Both the position numbers and the translations under genes were made by a program. The notes beneath the pieces were generated by a model. It was not told the DNA's origin, ran no database searches, and was given only the letters and a program-made list of their open reading frames with translations. A DNA stretch of 64,000 nt from Rebecca billardiae RCC1528 (lineage: Eukaryota; Protista; Haptophyta). The stretch lies in NCBI GenBank assembly GCA_965240325.2, contig OZ251223.1, positions 2,108,001 through 2,172,000 of the forward strand, in the 5' to 3' direction. Positions 54,632 through 64,000 of the stretch are shown in pieces. Position 1 is the stretch's first letter, and each line of letters opens with the position of its first letter.

Positions 54632-55180
54632 GTCGTTGGCCGGTTGGGACGTCAGTCGCGCTCGCTCGCGCACTCGCGCTGGCCGCTGCGCCGCTGCCGC
54701 CCCCGGACCCGGACTGGCCTTACTACGGACTGGCCCTGGGCGTCGCGTAGGTAGCCTTCTAAGGCGCCCGCTTGCTGAGGTCGTCACAGGCTACTATGTG
54801 ACACTATGACATGCATAGGAAGCGTTATGACACATCAGGAACAGACACTCTGCCATTACAAGTAGCAGACCCAAATCCTTCCCGACGGAGTACTGTAGTC
54901 GCGGATGCGTCACGCGTGCCCCGCGACGGCGACCCGAGCGTGCGCCCTCAGTGCGACCCAGCCGACCCGCCTGAAGGCGCGCCGGCCCGCGCCGGGGGCG
55001 CCGCTGCTTCCGGTCGGAGGGCTGCTCCCCAGTCGGACCCCAACGTCGACTGCACCACCGGTGTCATGCCTGCTACGAGCGAGAACCGAGGACGCTTCCG
55101 CGCTCGAAGCTCGCCACGCAGCGCGTGCTCCCGCTGTGCGGGCAGCGTGGAGATAGTACTGGTAGCAGCCATCAATGCGC

Positions 55181-55702
55181 CTAGTGCGTTGGCACACCCT
55201 CCGTCACGGTCTGGAGGGTGGTGGGCGCAGCTCGTCGTCGGCGATTCGAGGGCTCGCGGGTGAGCACCGGTGGCGGCGAGGACAGGCCAGATACCCCACC
55301 CGCGGAGAGGCCGGCGTCATACGCGCCAGAGTCCGCACAATCCCGCGGGTCTGCGAAAAGCGCAGCTGAGCCGTGCATCGACTGGCTGCGCGAGGAGAGC
55401 GCCGACGACGAGACCGCGCGCTTCGAGCTCTGCGCGTCGGAGCGTGTGGAACGCTTTCGTACCGGATCGCTCGATGTCTGCGGAGTCTCCTGCACGATGA
55501 AGACAGGATGCATGGGCGGCTGTTGCACGCGCCGTGGCCGGGCGGGATTCGGGTTGAAGCCCTTGCCAAAGAGGACGACGCAGAGGATCACGTTGACGAT
55601 AACCATGGCGAAGAAGCCGATCACGATCAGTGCGAGGCCGAGGACAAGCGCGGGACTCGCGTCCGCGAGCGCGTTCACGAGGGCTGCTTCGGCTGCTTTC
55701 AT
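55181..55702 (-). CDS. Small hypothetical membrane protein
   Basis: ATG at 55702, a long hydrophobic stretch (LVLGLALIVIGFFAMVIVNVILCVVLFG), then a basic/Ser-rich tail. No family recognised. Confidence 0.45.
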   Translation of the reverse strand: MKAAEAALVNALADASPALVLGLALIVIGFFAMVIVNVILCVVLFGKGFNPNPARPRRVQQPPMHPVFIVQETPQTSSDPVRKRSTRSDAQSSKRAVSSSALSSRSQSMHGSAALFADPRDCADSGAYDAGLSAGGVSGLSSPPPVLTREPSNRRRRAAPTTLQTVTEGVPTH

Positions 55703-56276
55703 GGTGCGGGGCGTGCAGAGCGGCAAGCCGGCGATAGGGCCGACGCACTCGATCGTGTGTGTGCACAGCGCTTGCTTGGACTCCGAGCGGATGCATTTCA
55801 GCAAGTGCGCAGCACCAAGGTACCTTCTGGAAGCCCGCAGCTGGCCAATCGTGTGTGAGATTCTCTCGGGGTGTCTCAAGATTCCTAGTAGTAGCGCGGA
55901 ACAGGCTGCGGAGATCGCTGCAGATTCTCAATGTCCTAGCAAAATCGGAGAAAGATTTGATTAGTGATGAGTAGTGATGTTGGGTTGTGTTCAAGGCTCC
56001 TGAGCTGCGCCCGTTCGTCATAAGAGTGGACGAATCCGTCGACATTAATCAGTGGGTAAATGTGGGGTGCAGAACTTGTCGCCGCCAGACCACACTGAGA
56101 AGTGACAGGTGTAGCGGCCACAGCCATTGCCGACCGACGACTAAACGACAGTGACTACTGACTGTATGATGACATTGCGCACGAGCACGAGGCGGTGTGC
56201 ACGGCAAGAGGCTGACCCGTAAGTGTAGTGAGCTCATCAGTCGCGAACAAGCTCTGAGTTGACGTCGGATTATGAG

Positions 56277-58877
56277 TCAGTGCTGCTGCACGGCGCCGCA
56301 GCCCTGCACGACCCGCGCGTACGAGCGCCGGAGCCACGAGCGGTAGCTGGACGACGCACAGCTGGTGCACTCGAGGCCGAGGGCGTTCAAGTGCAGGTCG
56401 TACGCGGAGAACAGCAGAGTCTTGACGGCAGCGTCGTGCGGCTCAACATTCGCTGCCATCTGCTTCGTGACGTAATCGGCAAAGTGCACGAGCACGCACG
56501 CCGACGAGCGCTCGGACGCTGGTGCCAAGGTCGACGACGGCTCCACTGCTGCCGATCTGGCCTGCAGCGCGCGCTGCACAATCGTGGCGACGGCGAGGTG
56601 GTCTTGGTGAGTCCCCTTCCAGTTGGGGTAGAAGCGGGCGTCCGCGTCGTGGTGCGTAAACACTGCGAGCTGCCTGCCCGCTGGGGCGGCGCGCTCGGCC
56701 GAGTCGATCATCGCCGCCACGCTGGTCACAAGGCTGCCCACGCTGAACGAGTTGTTCGTCTCGCTGTCGAGCGCGCGGAGCCGCGCTGAGGCATCCGTGC
56801 TCGCAAGGAGCGAGGCCAGCGTCTTGGAGCCCTTACGCGCGCGGTACGTGGTGTTCTGCGCACTCCCTCGCTGCACCAGCGCGTCGGGGAGACGGAAAAA
56901 GGCGTGCGTGACCACTGCTCCGTTGGGACCGTCGATGTCGACCGTCTGGATTGAGTGCTCTCCATACTGCCGCCTGCGCATGTGTTCGCTCGGCGATGGG
57001 CGGAAGGGGTCCTGCCGGTAGAGAGCGCGCACAGAGGCCAAGCTTGCCTGCTCCCTACCTCGCCAGTACAGCTCGCCGCGCCCAGCGTCACCTGCTGAGA
57101 GCACGGCGATGACCGTGTGCTGCGCCGGCAGCGCAAAGGCACGCGCAGCATGCTCGCCCGCAAAGAGCTGCCAGTCGTCTGCGTGGGCGACAATGAACAC
57201 GCGCGTCGCGTTGGCGTGCACTTGCGCCGCCACCGTGTGGCTGGCAACGAGCTCGTTGCTTGGCCGCTCCTCCGGAGGCGGCGCCTGCGCTGCAGAGCGA
57301 CACGACATCTGCACGTGCCAGCCCCACTCGTCGCCGACTGCACCGAACGGCGTGGTGTCCGATGCGAACAGGATCTCAGGGCCCTCGCGCACAGCCACCC
57401 GCCAGGGCTCCGCGTGTGCACCAGAGCAGCGCTCCACGCGGCGCATCAGCACTGGGCCAAACTGGCCCAGCCACCGCGCCCCTGTGACTGATGTTACCTG
57501 CCGGCGCGCGTGGCTCGAGACAACATTGGGCCGGCGACGCTGCCGCTTCTGCGTGTGCTCGTCGGCCGCCAGATCCGCCTCGCCGGGCGCCAGTGCAGGC
57601 GGCCCAGTCACGTTGAGCCGAGTGAAGCACCTGCTCACGCACCCTTGCGCGATGCTGCTGCTGTCGGCGAGAGCAGCGCGGGCCAACGCGCCGCCCGACC
57701 CACCGTTTGCGGCTGCTGCACCCACGTGCCAAGCGGCGCGCAGGCGCAGCTCGATGTCGATCATTTTTTGGAGTCGCACCGGGTTGGAGGGCACTGTCGC
57801 CAGCTCCTCCGCCGAGCAAAGCGCGTGCTGCGCAGACTCGGCGCTTGCATCACTGATAGTGTAGCGCGCCCCTGCTTGGTGCTGTTGTTGCTGCTGTGAG
57901 GAGCGGGCAGCTGGATCAGGCGTGCTGTGATGCACTCCTCCTGCTGCTGCATCCTGCGTCGTGGGGCAGCGCTGCTTGACGATGAACTTGTACGAATGCG
58001 AGGCCCACGACGCCAGCGGAGCGTGGCACGAATATAGTGGGCGTGAGCCGTCGTCATTGCTCACCGTTCCGCCAGCCGCGTCTGGCGCGTTTGGCGCGCA
58101 GGAACGTCCCGCGCGTGATTGGGTGACGCTGCCGCGCAGGTGCGTGTAGCGCATGCGCAGGCACGCGGCGAGCTGCATCGCGCGCTGAAAGAAGTGCGGC
58201 CCTGCGACCTCCATCACGTCCCACCAGCGTGCGGTATTCTCCAGGCTGTCCAGCACCAGCTGAAAGAACGGGTGCCCTGGCTCTGCTGCAGCGAAGCCTT
58301 GCGTGACCCACGTCAAGCTCTCAGAGGAACCCGACAGCAGCAGCCGCACATCGGCACTTTCGAACCACGCGTCTGGAAGCGGTCGAAGCAGCTTCATGTC
58401 ACGGTCTGCGTACAGCCCGCCGACGCACAGGAGGATCACATACCGCGCCGCGTCGGCGCGATGGATGTCGAGGGGGTACTCGTCGTATGTTCGGAGCAGC
58501 CTCGGCACGCACTCCGCAATGAGCGCGCGCACGGCGGAGTTGTTCCACACGACATGCCTGTGCGCGGGCATCAATTCGGGCCATGCCGCAGAGCGCCGCG
58601 CCAGCTCGTGCTCCGCGCCCGTCTTGGAAGTCGCCGATGAGGTGTGCACCGCCACCTGGTGGATGACTCGCGGGATGCCCACGCCCGAGTACGTGTGCGG
58701 TCGGTGGCTGGGGGGGCCGTGCAGGCGGCGCTCATGCAGCTGTGCGGAGGCATCGTGCAGGCACGACGAAGACGCTGACTGGACGCTGCGCAGCTCCGCC
58801 GCTGCTGCCGTCAGACCGACGGCGCACGCCGTGGTCGCCCAAAGCGCCGCCAGCAGGAGCTGCCGCAGTGATGCCAT
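56277..58877 (-). CDS. Secretory-pathway GT32 (DXD, OCH1/SUR1/A4GNT-like) glycosyltransferase fused to a PIG-L/LmbE-family de-N-acetylase
   Basis: Signal MASLRQLLLAALWATTACA. GT32 motifs IPRVIHQ, RADAARYVILLCVGGLYADRD, AAEPGHPFF, AGPHFF. PIG-L motifs FIVAHADDWQLF, SAGDAG..WRGREQ, FFRLPD, HQDH. Confidence 0.85.
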   Translation of the reverse strand: MASLRQLLLAALWATTACAVGLTAAAAELRSVQSASSSCLHDASAQLHERRLHGPPSHRPHTYSGVGIPRVIHQVAVHTSSATSKTGAEHELARRSAAWPELMPAHRHVVWNNSAVRALIAECVPRLLRTYDEYPLDIHRADAARYVILLCVGGLYADRDMKLLRPLPDAWFESADVRLLLSGSSESLTWVTQGFAAAEPGHPFFQLVLDSLENTARWWDVMEVAGPHFFQRAMQLAACLRMRYTHLRGSVTQSRAGRSCAPNAPDAAGGTVSNDDGSRPLYSCHAPLASWASHSYKFIVKQRCPTTQDAAAGGVHHSTPDPAARSSQQQQQHQAGARYTISDASAESAQHALCSAEELATVPSNPVRLQKMIDIELRLRAAWHVGAAAANGGSGGALARAALADSSSIAQGCVSRCFTRLNVTGPPALAPGEADLAADEHTQKRQRRRPNVVSSHARRQVTSVTGARWLGQFGPVLMRRVERCSGAHAEPWRVAVREGPEILFASDTTPFGAVGDEWGWHVQMSCRSAAQAPPPEERPSNELVASHTVAAQVHANATRVFIVAHADDWQLFAGEHAARAFALPAQHTVIAVLSAGDAGRGELYWRGREQASLASVRALYRQDPFRPSPSEHMRRRQYGEHSIQTVDIDGPNGAVVTHAFFRLPDALVQRGSAQNTTYRARKGSKTLASLLASTDASARLRALDSETNNSFSVGSLVTSVAAMIDSAERAAPAGRQLAVFTHHDADARFYPNWKGTHQDHLAVATIVQRALQARSAAVEPSSTLAPASERSSACVLVHFADYVTKQMAANVEPHDAAVKTLLFSAYDLHLNALGLECTSCASSSYRSWLRRSYARVVQGCGAVQQH

Positions 58878-59392
58878 TGCCAAATCGTAGACAAGAGCAG
58901 TCCCGGTTCAAGACGACGCCGTGCTACGGCCCTTCCGCTTGGCCGTGCTGAAATCCCTTCGTTGCGGGGCACGATCTGATGATCGATGACGATGACGATG
59001 ATGATGATGACAATATTGACAGCAATGAGTGGCTGCCACGACCCGCCTGACATACGCGGGTTGTTCGCTTAGCCTCCGGCAGTACTAGCTAACGATGATT
59101 GCGTAGCGGCACCGCGAGCCACCGGTACTCAGTCATATCCGTGGCGTGATGGCCATGCACTCGCTGGCCGGTGGCAGCCCTCGCTCTCCGTCCGGCCTCC
59201 GGGGCGCGGAGCCTCGGATAAATGCCATGCGCCCGGATCGGACTCGCGGCCCGGCCCGGCCGGCCGAGTGATGGTGACCGAGCGGGGCGGTGTCCGGGTC
59301 TGTGAGCGCTGCAACAGTATCCGGGCGGCATCGGAACGCTCGGGCACATGGCAGCAGGCGTCCCACCAGCTGGAATGGCGCGGCTGTGCGCC

Positions 59393-62300
59393 TCAGCTGC
59401 GCCACGCGCCATCCGAGCGCCCCGCCGGGCGGTCGTCCCGGCTGAACCCCGAGCTGCGCCCGCCGTTGGCGCGGTCCTGCGCGCAGCACGGCAGCACACG
59501 GCAGGGCCCGGGGGCGGTCGGCCGAGGCGCAGCGCAAGCGGTTGGCGCGGTGGCGCGCGCGCGTCACGCGCGTCACATCACAACTGCCGAGCGGCCCACG
59601 GTCGTGTCGGGCCGGCGCGGAGCGCGCCAGCTGGGCGGCACACGCGTCAGCAGCGCACGCGTACCATTCTCGGCTTGTGAGGCGGCGGCGGCCCCGGCAC
59701 CTGCTGCTCTGCGAGCCCTGTCGTGCGCACGCGCGTGCCGACGAGGCCGCTGGGAGGGGCGCCGCTCGCGGCGGCGGCGGCTCCGCCGGCGGCGCCACCG
59801 GCGGCACTGGCGCCGCCTGGCTGGAGCTGCACGCCGGCAGTGCCCAGACCAGCCGCCGCGGCCGCGGCGGGCTGCGCAGCGCTCGAACCTTGGGCTGTGC
59901 GCGTGCCGCTGCCACCGCACGCCCCCGCGCCGCCCGGGCCGCTTCCTGCTGGACCCAACCCCGTCGCGCCAGATGCGCCCACGGTCCCGCCGGCACCTGC
60001 CGCCGCGGCGCCAGAGGCCACCGCCTCGCGCCGCGCCGGCCCGGCCGTGGGCGCGCGCTGCACAATCGCCGCCCAGGCCGTTGGTGCGGCAGCCTTGCTC
60101 GGCGCAGGCTGGCCACTCGGTGCGCCGCCGCCGGACGCGGACGCCGAGGCGCCTGGGCTCAGCGGTGCGCCCGCCGCGCTGCCGGCCGCCGCCTGCGTGC
60201 CGCGCTTGCTTGGCACGGCAGCCGCGCTGCTCGGCGGCGGTGTCGACGCCGCGGCCGCCGAGCGCGCGGCCGGCTGCGGGTTCGCGCACGCGCCTGCGCC
60301 TGGCTGTGCCGCTCCGCTCTCCTCCTGTCCGCCCTGCCCTGCAGGGCCGGCGGGGGGGCGGGGCGGCGCCGCCCGCGCCGGCCGGGCCGCAGTGGAGGCG
60401 GCGGCAGCGGCGCCGTTGCCCGGGCCCCACGCGGACGCCGCCGCTGGCCGGCGCGCGGGCGCCGCGCCGCTCGGCTGCGAGCCTCCGCCAATCGGTGGGA
60501 AGGCCTGGGTGGGCAGGGCGCGCCAGTGGCAGCACGGGCGGGCGGCGCAGCAGCGCACGGCGCGGGCGGGCGTGAGCCGCGTACTGGCCTGTGTGCGCGC
60601 TGTGTGAGCGCGCAGCCCGGCCCAGCTGCCTCCACCCTCTGCGCATCCCACGGCGCGCGCGACGCGCAGCGCGAGCGCAGGCGCGGCGCTGCGGCGCGCG
60701 GCGCGCTGCTCGGCGCCCTTCGCACCTCGATCGAGTCCGCCAGCCTGAACTCCGGCACCTGCACCTGCCGCCCCTCGCGCGAGCCGGCTGCTCCGCCCGA
60801 CAGCTGCGGCTGCGGCGTGCCGCTCGCCGACGAGAGGGCACTCGCAGGTGTGGCGCCCGACTGCCGGGGCTGCGTCGACGGGTCCAAGCCGTCGCGCGCG
60901 GCCACGTCGGCGACGGCGCCGCCCTCGCCGCCGTCTCCGCGCGCGCCGCGCGCCAGGCCGAACACGCCTGGCGGCGGCGAGCTGCCCGTGGCGGTGGTCG
61001 TCAGGCACGCCTTCTCCGCCGCCGTCTGCCCGTTCGGCGGGGCGGCGGACGCCGCCGACGCAGCGCTCACAACCGGGCCGCAGCCGGCGCTCAGCCCTGC
61101 CACGATGGCACTCACGTTACTTGCGCCTTCGTCAAGGGCCGCGCTGATGGCGGCCACGCGCGCGCGCGCGTCGCACGCACTGCCGCCCTCCCGTTCCCGC
61201 GCGGGCCCGCCGCTCGGTGCGCCCGTCGATGCCTCGGGCGCGCCGCCGCGCGCTGCGCCATCGCCGCCCAGGCTGCCGCCCACGCCGGAAGCGTGCCGGG
61301 CGGGTGAGCTGTCTGCGCTCAAGGCGCCGCCGGTTGCGCTCGCGGGCCGAGGGCCGACGTCGGCGCTCGAGGCCGCTCCGCGGTGCTCGCCGCGCGGCGA
61401 GGCGGGCGCGCTGCGGAGCACCGCGCCACCGCGCGCGCCCCACGCCCCACCGCCCGCGCGGCCTGACGCACCGGCGACGTCCACACCGCCGCCGGCCGCG
61501 CCGCCGGCCGCGCCGCCGGCCGCGCCGCCGCCGCTCGCAGCCGCATCCACCCCGGCCGCCGCCGCCGCGGTGGCGACACCACCGCCTGCCGTGCAGGGCA
61601 GCGGCGGAAAGTCGGCGTCCGCTTGGCCAGGCAGCGGCGGGAAGTGCGCGACCGACTCGACCCCGATCGGCGCCTCGGCCTGCAGCCCCTCGGCCGCCGC
61701 CCCGGGCCTTTGCTGTGGCGCGGCCGAGCGCGCGCTCGAGCCAAGGGCACCGCCCGCGCCTCCGTCGCCCTGGGGGTGTGCGCCGGTGCAGCGCGCGCCG
61801 CCGCGTCCGATACCAACGAGCGTGCTGCCGCCCATGCCGCCCGCGCCGTCGACGCCGCCGGCTGGGGCCGGCTGCTGCTGCTGCTGGAGACGCTCTGCGC
61901 CGGCGCCAACCGCCGCCGCGCCGGCCGCGCCGCCGCCCGCGCCCAGCAGCGGCATGTCTGGCGAGCCAGCCGGCGAGGCCGCCAGCTGCGACGAGCCGCC
62001 GGCATCTGAGGAGGGCGCGGCAGGGCCCGACGCGGCGCTCGCGCCAGCCGCGCACGGGGCCAGAGCGGGCGGGCGCGCGAGGTCTGCCCCGGCAGTTGCG
62101 CTCGGCTCAGCAGCCGCAGGCAGCCTGCCTGGCTCGGAGGCAGCGCCGGCGCGCACCGCTGCTGCCGCCGCCGCCTGGGGCGCGCCATCGCGGCGGCCGG
62201 GCGCGGCGACCGTCGAGCGCCTCGGCCCGACGGAGCCCGGGGCGCTCTGCTGCTCTGCGCCGCCGCGGCGTGCGGCGGACTCCCGCTCCGTCGGCATGCA

Positions 62301-62787
62301 CGCCGACACGCCGCGGTCGCGCCGGCCGCCCTTCGCCCCGGCCGCCGCGCCACCCCACGGCGCATCCTCCGTCGTCGTCGCCGACGAGGCGGTGGCCTTG
62401 GTGCGAGGGGCCGTCGTCATCGTCGTCGCGTCCGCGCGCGACGGGCTCGGCACGGGGTGCGAGGAGCCGCGCGTCGGGCTGGTCGCCGAGCTGCTCGTCG
62501 TGCGGGCGGGCGGGCGGCCATCGGCGCGCGCACCCCCGCCGCCGTCGCCGCTGCCACGGCTGCGGCGGCCGGCAGCCGCAGTGGGTGAGGAGGCGCCGCC
62601 GCGCGGCGGGCAGGGCGCGGCGCCGGCCCCGGGAGCCGGCTGCGCGCGCGCGCCAAACGGCTGCAGCATCGCGCCGCCGGCTTGCAGCCCGGCCATGGCG
62701 TGCTGCTGCGCCTGCTGCTGCGCGTGCGCCGACGGCAGCATGGCCGCTGGCTGCCCCGGCTGCCTCAGCTGTGCCCTGCCGCCGCCT

Positions 62788-62835
<48 letters not shown>

Positions 62836-63656
62836 ACCGCGGCCGAGTTGAAGGGCGTCGCGGCGGCAAACTCCCACGGCTGCGCCGTCAGCCCCAGCTG
62901 GGGCGGCAACGCGTGCAGCCTGTCCGGGAGGCGGATGTCCGGGTCGTACTCCAGGGCGTGCGCCGCGCGCGCGGGCGCAGGCACGCCCAGCTGCGCCGAC
63001 GGCCGTAGCGAGAGGTGGAGCTCGTCGGCGAGCGGCGGGAGCGGCGGCGGCGGCGGCGGCGGCGCGTCCGCGTCGCTCGGCGACGCCGTGCCGCTGCGCG
63101 AGCCCCTGGACGCGCTGCCGCCGTTCACGCCCGCGTCGGCGCGCGCGAGGCTCGTGCGCAGCAGTCGCTCGAGCACGGGCCGCGCGCTGTCGGCGGCGGC
63201 GGGCGAGCACCAGAGGGAGACACGCCAGCCGCCGTCGGCGTCGAGCTGTACGCTGGCGCCCTTCAGCTGCTCCTCGCACGGCTCGCACGCTCCGAGCAGC
63301 GCGAGGAGGAGCTCGAGGAAGAGGCTGCCCGCCGCGTGCGTGGACGGCTGCGGCGCGTGCGCGGCGGCACTCGCCGACAGCTCGGCGGAGAGCTCGGCGA
63401 GGGTGAGCACGACCTGCTGGGTGTGGTCGGCGGGCGACGGACGCATCGACGCGTGCACCTCGTTCAGCACCTCCGCCTTGAAGATGCACATGGCGAATGG
63501 CATGATGCGCATCGCCGACTGCACCTCCGCCTCGTAGAAGCGCCAGAAGCCGTGCACCGTCGCAAACGTGGAGATGTGGCCAAAGTCGGCGGCGGTCCAG
63601 CACGCCCACTGCTCGTTGAGGGGCGCCAGATCCGCGAACTCGTCGTCGCCCTCCAT
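59393..63656 (-). CDS. Divergent eIF4E-like domain protein with a long low-complexity C-terminus. Exons 63656-60726, 60504-59665, 59476-59393 (last exon tentative)
   Basis: eIF4E-fold pattern PLNEQWACW..ISTFATVHGFWRFY..IFK..FLELLLALLG..LKGASVQ..RVSLW. GT-AG introns join the ORF 60159..63833 frame to the ORF 59647..61008 frame (DSIE|AFPPIG), then to a final exon DRANGG..GAWRS*. Confidence 0.65.
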
Positions 63657-63933
63657 CGCGACGACCCCCGCCGGTCGCGCGCGCCGCGCGCACACCAGCG
63701 CTTGGCAAAGGAGGCCCGCTCCAGCAGCTCTCGGTCGCGTCGGCTTGAGTGCCCGACGCGACCCAAGAGCAAAGAGGCCGGCGGTGATTGCAATAATCAG
63801 GCCGCCATCGTGCACCGGACCGGTCGTGTCCACGCGGCGGTGGTGAGCAGCTCGCGTTCGTGAGCAGCTTCAAGCTGGCCGGCCGTGATTTCTTTCGAGA
63901 AGTAGGACGGGCATCGCCATCAAGCCGCACCCG

Positions 63934-64000
63934 ATGCGCGCCGCGGCGATGCTGCTCATCTCGGCGGCGCCCGCGCTCGGCTGGCGGGGCGCGGCGCTGC
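63934..64000 (+). CDS. Probable 5' start of a signal-peptide-bearing gene running off the window
   Basis: ATG at 63934 gives MRAAAMLLISAAPALGWRGAAL, head-to-head with the eIF4E-like gene. Confidence 0.35.
   Translation, partial: MRAAAMLLISAAPALGWRGAAL

Noticed and set aside
59542-63537. 1,331-aa plus-strand ORF
   Set aside because: Antisense to the eIF4E-like gene, low complexity, no domain.
1-64000. Whole window as one operon-like HRGP pathway cluster (SPPP genes + GT32/PIG-L + VHL protein)
   Set aside because: These genes are interleaved with unrelated housekeeping genes, and eukaryotic proximity alone is not evidence. Kept only as a hypothesis inside individual findings.

Overview
Gene-dense, very GC-rich eukaryotic nuclear DNA with short GT-AG spliceosomal introns (GTGCGC/GTGAGC donors, CTGAC/CTCAC-like branch points). 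An AlaRS with a signal peptide plus transit-like presequence suggests an alga with a secondary plastid; a haptophyte such as a Pavlovales species is my inference, not something the sequence proves. The first 29 kb holds two convergent giant Ser-Pro3 (extensin/HRGP-like) surface-protein genes. Gene 1 is 5'-truncated and reads LRR - ~2,950-aa SPPP rod - IPT/TIG - REJ - GAIN/GPS - 5 TM plus EF-hand, i.e. polycystin-1-like. Gene 2 is a type I membrane mucin-like protein with a ~1,900-aa SPPP rod and seven ~110-aa modules. The rest contains mitochondrial-type uL1, a secreted tandem SAP-like CxxC protein, RPE, a chromodomain-Cut8/Sts1 fusion, a short BLTP3-like protein with IQ and EF-hand motifs, USB1, a VHL-beta/PUB/ZZ protein, a tail-anchored protein, a double-UBL protein, AlaRS, BUD23, FAN1, a GT32 + PIG-L/LmbE deacetylase fusion and a degenerate eIF4E-domain protein. 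Most very long Gly-, Arg- or Ala-rich ORFs in the track are shadows of these genes. All domain calls come from reading motifs by eye, not from database searches.
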